Below are positions 31,422 through 39,424 of a DNA stretch of 64,000 bases, piece by piece (position 1 is the first letter of the stretch; each line of letters opens with the position of its first letter). A program made the translations under genes and the position numbers. The notes under the pieces are model-generated. The model was not told where the DNA came from and made no database searches. It worked only from the letters and a program-made list of their open reading frames with translations. The stretch lies in contig CAVOYH010000003.1 of NCBI GenBank assembly GCA_963700635.1, positions 672,001 to 736,000 of the forward strand, given 5' to 3'. The DNA is from an uncultured Bacteroidota bacterium (GTDB lineage Bacteria; Bacteroidota; Ignavibacteria; UBA10030; UBA6906).

Positions 31422-31946
31422 ATGATCGATTTTGCGCTCGGCTTGATTGAAACCCGTGGCCTCGTTGGATCCATCGAGGCCGCTGATGTGATGCTGAAAA
31501 CTGCCAATGTACGTCTGGTCGGGAAAGAGATTGTACGGGATGGACTCGTCACGGTAGAAATCGTCGGCGATGTGGCGGCGGTAAAAGCGGCGGTGGAGGC
31601 CGGGGCAACCGCGGCGGGTCGCGTTGGAGAACTTGTCTCACAGCATGTGATTCCCAGACCCGTCGACGATATTGAGTCCCTGCTGGCCAGAGCAGTCACC
31701 GATCGTAAGCATGATCCTCCTGACCATAGACCGGCGGTCAAACCCAAAAAAGCGTCTGAACCCGTACTGGAATTCAAAGAGCCGTCGGAGACGGGTCCTT
31801 TTCAGCAAAGACTCGAAGAAATGACCGTACGTGAACTGCGTACTCTCGCTCGCGAAACCGAAGGTCTGGATATCCAGGGTCGCGAGATCTCAAAGGCAAA
31901 CAAAGACCTCTTGATACGGGAGATACTGAAAGCCCGAACATCATAG
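31422..31946 (+). CDS. BMC-H shell protein with C-terminal linker and small helical (Rho_N-like) extension
   Basis: ALGLIETRG, AADVMLKTA, GDVAAVKAA, HVIPRP, then LEEMTVRELRTLAR...KDLLIREIL. Confidence 0.9.
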   Translation: MIDFALGLIETRGLVGSIEAADVMLKTANVRLVGKEIVRDGLVTVEIVGDVAAVKAAVEAGATAAGRVGELVSQHVIPRPVDDIESLLARAVTDRKHDPPDHRPAVKPKKASEPVLEFKEPSETGPFQQRLEEMTVRELRTLARETEGLDIQGREISKANKDLLIREILKARTS

Positions 31947-31968
31947 GGAATGCTGAGGCCTTACCCCT

Positions 31969-32892
31969 ATGAAAAAACGCCGTTTCCACATCGTCGCCAC
32001 CACCGCACTCATTGGTCTCTTCCTCTGGCTGTCCGTTAACCTCGGTGAACACTACCAGTACACAGTTTCAGCGCCTCTCACCATTTATGAAGTGCCGGAT
32101 GGCATGGCGATCCGCACCCCCGTGCCGCGGTTCGTCCAGCTGAAGTTCCGGGGTGATGGGTGGCGTCTGGCCGGTCTCCTTCTGGGTCCTGACATAAAGG
32201 TGAAGATCCCGTTGAGCGCGCTCCCGCAGGGAAATCGCACGATTACCGTGAATGAAGTTGTCGAACGGATTTCGTTTTCACCGGGCCTGCAATTAGTCGA
32301 TGTAAACCCGGACACGGTTGTTGTGTGGCTTGACCGTCTGAGCACAAAGCGCGTGCCCGTGGTACCCGATTTGATTATTACATTTAAGGAAGGATACGGG
32401 CAGATCGGCACCGTGATGGTATCGCCCGATAGTGTCTCCATCAGCGGCGCTGAATCCGTTGTCGACCGGATCACGTCCTGGAAAACATTCCACACATCAT
32501 TTGAAGAACTGAAAGCGCCAATCGAAGAAACCGTCCCGCTCGCGCAGAGTGACGGTCCGATTGTGCGCAGTTCCCCCTCCTCGGTGCGTGTGCACATCAA
32601 CGTCGAGTCATTTGCTGAAAAAGTGTTTAGTGGTCTGCCCGTGGAAATCCGCGGCGTGCCGGTGAACCGCGACGTCATCTTCATCCCACCCAAGATGGAG
32701 ATTGTTGCCCGGGGAGGTATACGGCAACTGGCAAGCGTATTGCCGGTGGACTTTCAGCTGGAGGTTTTATACGAACGGATACTTGCCGACACCACAGGCA
32801 CCATCGAGGCAGACGTTGTGGCTCCGTCGGGTATCCAGGTTGTCGCACGCAGACCGGAGAAACTCCAGTACATCGTGCGAAAGCGTCTCTAA
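31969..32892 (+). CDS. YbbR/CdaR-like domain protein
   Basis: N-terminal TM (LFLWLSV), repeated beta domains, KRVPV, PDSVSISG. Confidence 0.75.
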   Translation: MKKRRFHIVATTALIGLFLWLSVNLGEHYQYTVSAPLTIYEVPDGMAIRTPVPRFVQLKFRGDGWRLAGLLLGPDIKVKIPLSALPQGNRTITVNEVVERISFSPGLQLVDVNPDTVVVWLDRLSTKRVPVVPDLIITFKEGYGQIGTVMVSPDSVSISGAESVVDRITSWKTFHTSFEELKAPIEETVPLAQSDGPIVRSSPSSVRVHINVESFAEKVFSGLPVEIRGVPVNRDVIFIPPKMEIVARGGIRQLASVLPVDFQLEVLYERILADTTGTIEADVVAPSGIQVVARRPEKLQYIVRKRL

Positions 32893-32964
32893 AGAGAACG
32901 GTGCGGGTGTCCACAACCGGTCTTGTGAGGCATTCGGCAGGGAACAGAAGGAGAACAATTTTCC

Positions 32965-33675
32965 ATGCGATTGTGTATCAACATTGATCATGTCGCCACC
33001 CTCCGCGAAGCCCGGGGTGGCATGGAGCCGGACCCCATCATGGCTGCCCATCTGTGCGAGCTCGCGGGCGCGCATGGCATCGTGTGCCATCTGCGCGAAG
33101 ACCGGCGTCACATCAACGACCGGGATCTGAGGCTCCTTCGGGAAACGGTGAAGACGAAGCTGGATCTGGAAATGGCCGCCACGGATGAGATTGTAAAAAT
33201 CGCCATTGACACACTTCCTGAACTTGTGACGTTTGTCCCCGAGCGCAGGCAGGAGCTGACCACGGAGGGGGGGCTGGATGTCCGCGGACACCGGCATCAT
33301 CTCCGCGACATTATCACGGAAATGCATCGCCATGAGATTGAGGTAAGTCTGTTTATCGATCCGGTGACAGAACAGGTGGAAGCTGCAGCGGAGGTGCAGG
33401 CGGACAAGATTGAAATTCACACGGGGGAATATGCCAATGCAGGTTCCGAACGCGAACAACTGGCTCTGCTGGAGATCGTGCGGGGCGCGGCACGGCATGC
33501 GCGGGAACTTGGCATGGGCGTCAACGCCGGCCACGGCCTCAACTACCTGAACATCCTCCCCTTCAGAGAGATCGAGGAGATTGAAGAAGTCAGCATCGGG
33601 CACGCTATAATTTCACGCGCCCTTTACGTGGGTCTCGACCGTGCAGTGAGAGAAATGGGTGACCTGGTTAGATAG
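32965..33675 (+). CDS. pdxJ: Pyridoxine 5'-phosphate synthase
   Basis: NIDHVATLREARG, HLREDRRHI, TTEGGLD, NAGHGL, SIGH. Confidence 0.98.
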   Translation: MRLCINIDHVATLREARGGMEPDPIMAAHLCELAGAHGIVCHLREDRRHINDRDLRLLRETVKTKLDLEMAATDEIVKIAIDTLPELVTFVPERRQELTTEGGLDVRGHRHHLRDIITEMHRHEIEVSLFIDPVTEQVEAAAEVQADKIEIHTGEYANAGSEREQLALLEIVRGAARHARELGMGVNAGHGLNYLNILPFREIEEIEEVSIGHAIISRALYVGLDRAVREMGDLVR

Positions 33676-33683
33676 ACCTCTGT

Positions 33684-33758
33684 CTATCCCCTCGCGAGCA
33701 CCCAAACGACAAGCAGCGTCAGAGTAGCGAAAACAAGAACTCTTGGCAAGGATTTCAA
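33684..33758 (-). CDS. Candidate 24-aa single-TM small protein MKSLPRVLVFATLTLLVVWVLARG
   Basis: TTG start preceded by G-rich SD GAGGGGGGAGGG; one hydrophobic helix; not in the ORF track. Confidence 0.3.
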   Translation of the reverse strand: MKSLPRVLVFATLTLLVVWVLARG

Positions 33759-33855
33759 GAACCCTCCCCCCTCGTTGTGATCTCTCTCCCTCTTTTTGTC
33801 ACAAACGGGCATGTCTGCAGAAATTCGGATGGCAGACCTGCTTTTCCCGTCGATT

Positions 33856-34998
33856 TCAGGCCCTTCTCAAAATCACCATGGCACTCAACACCATGAGAGC
33901 TGCGACAACGAAAAGAGCCGCGTGGAATGTCCCGGTGGAGTCATAGACAAGTCCGGCAAGGATCGGCGCCGGCGCCGCAAGGATGTTGGCGGAAAAAAGG
34001 AGTCCGTACACTTGTCCGACCCGGGCCGTACCCCATACACGCGCGACAGCCGATGCGTACAGGACGAGTACTCCTCCGTAGTTAAAACCTGCCACCATCG
34101 CAAAGACAACAAGTCCGGCACCGGTGCCACAGGAAAATACAATCACCGAACACGCCTGGAAGATGAGATTTGCACTGATGACTGTGCGCAGTTCCGTCCG
34201 GTCGAACAGATATCCCCACGTTAACCGTCCAAGAGCATTCGCAACCGCAAAAAGCGACACTGCCGCGACTCCTGTTGTTAACGCCCCGGCTGTTGACAAT
34301 TCTTTCAGGTTGGCATTAATCATAAAACCCGCAGCAAGTCCCGTGACCATCGCCAGATAGAGCAGCCGGAATGTGGGGTGAGATACTATTGCTGTTGTGG
34401 AGAGAAGGGGCGGCTCAGATGTAGTTGTTCCGCTGGGAAACCGTAATGTGCGGGAGGCCAGAGACGTCACACCGCAGAAGAGTATTCCCAGAACCAGAAA
34501 TACGTAAAATGGTGATGTGCTTCCTGCGATCAACCACAAACCTGAGACCTGACTGATCAAAGCCGCCCCTCCGCCAAACCCCGCAACGGCAACTCCTGTC
34601 ACTAGCCCTCTACGTTCGGGAAACCACCGCACCAGGACTGCAATGGGCACGACATACGCACACCCGACGCCGATCCCTGCAAGAAGTCCGATTCCCAGCA
34701 CGGTGAACACAAAATGGTAAGAACCCAGCGAAGCAAGAATCCAGCCGGAGCCAAAAAGAATTCCCCCCACCAGCGCACAACGTTGCGGACCCAAGCGGTT
34801 CAGGATCGTTCCGGCAAAGAGCATCGTAGCCGGAAATGCGAAATAGAAGACTGTGAAGGGAAGCTGTACCGTAGCCTGTGAGAGTCCCGTGGTCTCACGG
34901 AGAGGCAGCACAAAGACAGACCATGCATACGTCGCCCCCAGACACATCTGGAGGCCGAGGGATGCAACAATGATCAGGGAACGACGGGGCGTGTTCAT
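33856..34998 (-). CDS. MFS transporter, oxalate:formate antiporter (OFA)-like
   Basis: LGATYAWSVF, WFPERRGLVTG, GFGGGA, NALGRL, about 12 TM helices. Confidence 0.88.
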   Translation of the reverse strand: MNTPRRSLIIVASLGLQMCLGATYAWSVFVLPLRETTGLSQATVQLPFTVFYFAFPATMLFAGTILNRLGPQRCALVGGILFGSGWILASLGSYHFVFTVLGIGLLAGIGVGCAYVVPIAVLVRWFPERRGLVTGVAVAGFGGGAALISQVSGLWLIAGSTSPFYVFLVLGILFCGVTSLASRTLRFPSGTTTSEPPLLSTTAIVSHPTFRLLYLAMVTGLAAGFMINANLKELSTAGALTTGVAAVSLFAVANALGRLTWGYLFDRTELRTVISANLIFQACSVIVFSCGTGAGLVVFAMVAGFNYGGVLVLYASAVARVWGTARVGQVYGLLFSANILAAPAPILAGLVYDSTGTFHAALFVVAALMVLSAMVILRRA

Positions 34999-35006
34999 AC
35001 GTGGCG

Positions 35007-37322
35007 TTACAACGGATCCCGCTCAACGCCAAGTTCCCAGCGCCGGCTTTGCCGCATCAGCGAATCAAAATAGTGACTGTTGGGATTCGTCTGCAATCTC
35101 CCATTCGCCTTCAGCAAATCCACCATTAAGTCGTAGCTATCCCCCGTTGACGTGTACAGGAATCGCATGTGCCTGTCAAATGTGTAGTTGAGGATTGGCT
35201 CCGAGGGCCATCCCGGCGGGATATCGGGGCCTAATCCGTCACTGATGCACGCCGTGATTCGTCCGAGCCGCTCATCAACCTTTGTAAACAGAGCTGAATT
35301 TCCCTTGCTTGAGCCACGGAAGGCATCTCCCACGGCCGTGCGCGGAATCAGGATATAGTATTTCTCCCTGGCTGCAACGGGGGCATCACAGCGGTACTCT
35401 CCTTGTGTCGGAGAACAGCCATCCATCTGTCCGACTTCCAGAACTGCAACAAAGGCACGCCGGTATGCATTGTTGACGCCACAGGCAACAATCTCTTTCA
35501 CCCCATCCTGATCCACATCTCCGACTTCGATATCTGCCACATGTCCGACATGGACGTATTGTTCCCGTATTGTACCGTCGCGCCCATTCAGGCGCACGAC
35601 AAAACCTGGAAATGATGGTGTGTGCGACCCCGAAACAAACACATCCGGAGCGCCCTCCACACCGGTATCCATGACCACGATGTCTGAGTTACAGTAGGTT
35701 CCTCCGAGGGTTTCCTGCTTTTCTGGAAAAAGCGCCCTGGGAATGATCGTCGTTCGCCAGAGAAAAGTTTCTTTTTGAATGGACCATGCGCACACCTCAT
35801 CGTGTACCACCAGACGATCCGAACTGGTCCGGACAAATACGATATCGGGAACATGATCTCCATCAAAATCGCCGAAACCGTGCCCCTTCTGTGCCACCAT
35901 AGTGCTGACAAGACGTGTCCCCTTCTCAACAGTGGCCCTTCCTACGGTGATGTCCCCTATCATCTTTCCGTACCGGTTCTGCACCGTAAGTCTGTCGCCT
36001 GCATATTCCACCGATACAGGAATCTTATCCCATGATCCCGACAGGTGCCAGAGTGTCAACAGAACGAGCCCCGAGGATGCGACAAGTGCCACACTGCGGG
36101 TCTTTTTCTGCCATATCCTTCGGGCGGTATGAGCGACCAGACCCGACCGGGTATGCCGTGTCACCCGCCGGTCATAAAACACTTCCCGCACATGCCGCAC
36201 CCCGATCACATCCAGCACGCGGTGTGGATGATCCTTTGAGAGTGCCGCAATCAGACTTTCGGCAACGGTCAGGTGGTTCCTGGGGACGACCACGGCCGAG
36301 AGAGGGGAATAGAATACTGCTTCGAGTTTCTGTGGAAGCGTGCCCTCGTCAACGGGCATGACCGATCCGTCGGGATCCACATCTCCGGTGATTGCCACTG
36401 ATGAAAGGACGTCGTATTGTTCGCGTTGTCCGGCAGCGCGTGTTACGCCGGCGATGAGGAGGACCGCCAGGGCGAGGTTTGCCGACCCGCCTTCGTGCAG
36501 GGTCTGTTTGCCGCGGAACGTCGCATGGCCGCGCACATAGTTCCGGGCTATACGTGGCTGCATTTGTTCCAGTACGCTCCGCGCCGCTCTTGCCGAAGTG
36601 TCCCACACCGCTGCATGAACATCCTTCACTCCAAAGACGGCCACATCGGAATGCAGCTCATCTTTTTCGCCTCCTGCCGCACCGGTGATCTGAAGTTCCA
36701 GCATCTGCATTCCTCCCCACGATGCCGGCGCCGCACCCTCTGTCAGGCCATGTTCGACGACAGGAACAAAACAGGAGTTGGAGGATCGTTGAAGGGCAGA
36801 TTCCCAGTGTGCCTGGATTATGCGCAAGGAGGTGGAAACCGGGTGACCCGACGCTTCAACTTCGGCTGTCCACCGGCGTACCCGTTCAAACAAAGGCTCG
36901 CGACCCTCCTCTGGTACCGGCACGGTTGATCCCGGATCGCCACCAGCATCAAGAACCTGCCATGCCCTGTCCCGATCACCCGCGTACAGATACAACTCCG
37001 CCAGCCGTAATCGGATTTCATGTTCAATTTCTGCAAACATCGGTTCTAGGGCAAACCCTGAAACATCGTCCGCCAGAACTGCCAGCGTACGATGGAGTGA
37101 AGCAAGTGGCTGGGGGGAGAGTCCGAATGTCGGCAATTCCTGGATCGTCCCCTTCAGCCTTGGAAGGCAATCACGGATATACGATTCGTATACACCTGCC
37201 TCTTGGCCAAGAAAGGAGAGAAAATGGTCGAGTGCAACGATATCCTGAAGGGAAGAGTGGGGATAAGCGAGTGTGACAAGAAGGGTCTGGTAGTGCTGCT
37301 CGACCGTGAGAGGATTGTGCAT
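35007..37322 (-). CDS. Single-pass membrane protein: helical N-domain + AAA-less Lon (S16) protease domain + TM + FG-GAP repeat ectodomain
   Basis: HEGGSANLA (Ser280), VAITGDVDPDGSVMPV, PQKLEA (Lys332), VVVP.N, DVIGVRHVREV parallel the Lon protease domain; TM about aa 410-427; GDFDGDHVPDIV and GDVDQDGVKEIV repeats. Confidence 0.8.
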   Translation of the reverse strand: MHNPLTVEQHYQTLLVTLAYPHSSLQDIVALDHFLSFLGQEAGVYESYIRDCLPRLKGTIQELPTFGLSPQPLASLHRTLAVLADDVSGFALEPMFAEIEHEIRLRLAELYLYAGDRDRAWQVLDAGGDPGSTVPVPEEGREPLFERVRRWTAEVEASGHPVSTSLRIIQAHWESALQRSSNSCFVPVVEHGLTEGAAPASWGGMQMLELQITGAAGGEKDELHSDVAVFGVKDVHAAVWDTSARAARSVLEQMQPRIARNYVRGHATFRGKQTLHEGGSANLALAVLLIAGVTRAAGQREQYDVLSSVAITGDVDPDGSVMPVDEGTLPQKLEAVFYSPLSAVVVPRNHLTVAESLIAALSKDHPHRVLDVIGVRHVREVFYDRRVTRHTRSGLVAHTARRIWQKKTRSVALVASSGLVLLTLWHLSGSWDKIPVSVEYAGDRLTVQNRYGKMIGDITVGRATVEKGTRLVSTMVAQKGHGFGDFDGDHVPDIVFVRTSSDRLVVHDEVCAWSIQKETFLWRTTIIPRALFPEKQETLGGTYCNSDIVVMDTGVEGAPDVFVSGSHTPSFPGFVVRLNGRDGTIREQYVHVGHVADIEVGDVDQDGVKEIVACGVNNAYRRAFVAVLEVGQMDGCSPTQGEYRCDAPVAAREKYYILIPRTAVGDAFRGSSKGNSALFTKVDERLGRITACISDGLGPDIPPGWPSEPILNYTFDRHMRFLYTSTGDSYDLMVDLLKANGRLQTNPNSHYFDSLMRQSRRWELGVERDPL

Positions 37323-37419
37323 AGGAGCTCATGAGACTGCACATCGTACAAAGGGCTCAGGACGCGAGTGGCGGCCAACGGAAAATTCGGCGTGACACGG
37401 ACCGGTGAAGTTACCGGCT

Positions 37420-38265
37420 TTATCCGTACAGTCGCAACACGAAATCCCCCTCCCCTGCGGGGAATTCTCCTGCTCCATGGATCAGAATGCTCAACACGGC
37501 GTCAGACGGAGTCTTCACCAGTGCCACTGCTGGCAGGGCGGGATTTCCCTCGTCATACACACGGACACGGATGAGATCTCCGTTGTTCGTCACCTCGATT
37601 GTACAATGGTGGTCGTTCTCACCCTTCGTGTAGGCGATGGATTTCTCCAGGGGCAGGTCATTTCGGCCGAACGTAACTGTCGCCACCGGTATGCGAAGGA
37701 GTCCTTCGATCTGGGACCAATCACGCGGTTCCATTGCCGGCTGTAACTCAAAACCAACCTGCCCCCGGTCGTCCGTCACAAACTCGCCTATATCCGGAAG
37801 GGAGATCAGCACAACTTCTCGTTTATGCGGATCTTCCGTATGGACGTACAGGCGGTATGCATGCGCATCACCCTCACGCCGTATTCGTACAAGGGTGTTT
37901 TCGGGTTCAGATGCCAGTGTTGCGACCGTTTCGTCAAATCCACGGGCCAACGTCCGGGGTGTCATCGCCGCGAGCACCGTCGTATATCTGCCGTGCAGCG
38001 TGTGCATGTCAGGCCGGGGTCTGAAAGGGATAAGCCGGATGGTCGTTGCTGATGGGATAATCTTCTTCATAACTTCTGCGAGAAGATCTTTCTCCAGAGC
38101 CCCGGCGGTTACCATCGTCGCATAAAACTCCCGCTGCGCTTCCTCCACGGCCCTGCACCCCGGGCACCGGGCCAGATGTTCCCGTATTTCTACGAGTGTG
38201 GCAGCATGCAGTCGCTCAGGGGCGACAATACTGAGTTCGATTGTATGTTCGTCAATATGGTTCAT
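37420..38265 (-). CDS. Soluble zinc-binding anti-sigma factor-like protein (zf-HC2/ZAS)
   Basis: H3...H30-LAR-C34-PG-C37 (HxxxCxxC) at N-terminus; no TM helix; beta-rich C-terminal part. Confidence 0.75.
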   Translation of the reverse strand: MNHIDEHTIELSIVAPERLHAATLVEIREHLARCPGCRAVEEAQREFYATMVTAGALEKDLLAEVMKKIIPSATTIRLIPFRPRPDMHTLHGRYTTVLAAMTPRTLARGFDETVATLASEPENTLVRIRREGDAHAYRLYVHTEDPHKREVVLISLPDIGEFVTDDRGQVGFELQPAMEPRDWSQIEGLLRIPVATVTFGRNDLPLEKSIAYTKGENDHHCTIEVTNNGDLIRVRVYDEGNPALPAVALVKTPSDAVLSILIHGAGEFPAGEGDFVLRLYG

Positions 38266-38342
38266 TGTTACTATTGGTTATGCGCAAATCTCTCCTCCCA
38301 CAGAAATCCGCCGTTCTCTCTCCACCGGTTGGGGAGAGCCAA

Positions 38343-39374
38343 TCACGGAACTTTTCCGATCCCCAATTCCCGTCTGATTTGTCGTACAAACGCCGCCCTT
38401 GCGAGTTTTACCAGGTATTCAAATCGACACCGGTGCTCCTGATGATATTGTTCCAATGTCAGCAAGGGTATTCCCGCGGCGAGATGGTCATGGTACGAGG
38501 TGGCGTGTCCGTCGTTTAAAATGAACTCAGCCCGGAGAATCGCCTGAACAGCTTCCCTGTAGGCGCTGAATGTTGTTTCAGCCACCGTTCCTTTCTCTAC
38601 ATAGAGCCTGTGCTTTTTGTCAAATACAGCAGTCACCGTTCCGGTGATTGCCGCTTCAAGTTCTTCCGGACGGATCGCCGATGAAGTGTCCGTCTCTTCC
38701 GGGGTTGTTGCAACACCGATGCGCAAAAAGGCCGTGCGGATCAGCAGGCCAAGCAGCGTTAACGGATAACTCCTCCGGTAGATATTCTGTTGATCCAAAA
38801 TACATGCAACACGATCCATCACTTCAGGCATGACGCTCTTTCCCGAGAGGTCCACAACAAGGAGGCCCTCAAGATATTCCCAGGGGATCTCCGGCAGCTG
38901 CCGGATGTGCTCGGTCTCTGTCGTTACCTGCACCCACAACTCGCCGTTGCGGCGATCTTCAGTCAACCGGGAATTCTTCCGGATGGCATTGCGGATATTG
39001 CGAAGTATCTTTTCCAGAGAGGGATCGGACTCTTTATAGAGCCGTGACAGTTGCTGATGGACTTTACTGTAGACGAGGCGGCGGGTGAAGGAAAGAAGCT
39101 CCTCTTCGGAGAGCGAGTCCCATCCAAGGGGCGTATAGTATGCGTGCAGTTGAACGAATCGTCCGCTTCCATCCCGTTCATAGAGGGGCCCGATACAGTC
39201 GACAGCGAGATCATGAACAGAAAGACCAAAAAAATCGGGATGGATGGTACGTGCGTGGATTCTCTTATGAAGATAGACCGTGGCAATCCGAATCGTCAGG
39301 GCAACATACGGCTGCATATCCGTCGTTGTCGGGTGCGGCGCGAGAATGCGTCGGAGGGCTTCGCTGAGATGCAT
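38343..39374 (-). CDS. Divergent ECF-like sigma factor (putative)
   Basis: Region-2-like HDLAVDCIGPLY...FTRRLVYSKVHQQLSRLYK; C-terminal region-4-like FEYLVKLARAAFVRQIRREL; directly upstream of a ZAS gene; ATG 39374 with AGGGG SD. Confidence 0.55.
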   Translation of the reverse strand: MHLSEALRRILAPHPTTTDMQPYVALTIRIATVYLHKRIHARTIHPDFFGLSVHDLAVDCIGPLYERDGSGRFVQLHAYYTPLGWDSLSEEELLSFTRRLVYSKVHQQLSRLYKESDPSLEKILRNIRNAIRKNSRLTEDRRNGELWVQVTTETEHIRQLPEIPWEYLEGLLVVDLSGKSVMPEVMDRVACILDQQNIYRRSYPLTLLGLLIRTAFLRIGVATTPEETDTSSAIRPEELEAAITGTVTAVFDKKHRLYVEKGTVAETTFSAYREAVQAILRAEFILNDGHATSYHDHLAAGIPLLTLEQYHQEHRCRFEYLVKLARAAFVRQIRRELGIGKVP

Positions 39375-39424
39375 TGTTCCCCTGAATGTCAGCAGCAGCA
39401 ATGCCCCGTGGGGGCACTGCCGTA

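Noticed and set aside
35007-37322. Canonical Lon, RadA or ComM/YifB
   Set aside because: No AAA+ or RecA Walker motifs; has a TM helix and FG-GAP repeats instead.
35007-39374. CRISPR-associated CalpL-T-S or Craspase assignment
   Set aside because: No SAVED/CARF or CHAT domain recognised, and no cas genes or repeat array in the window; only the logic is analogous.
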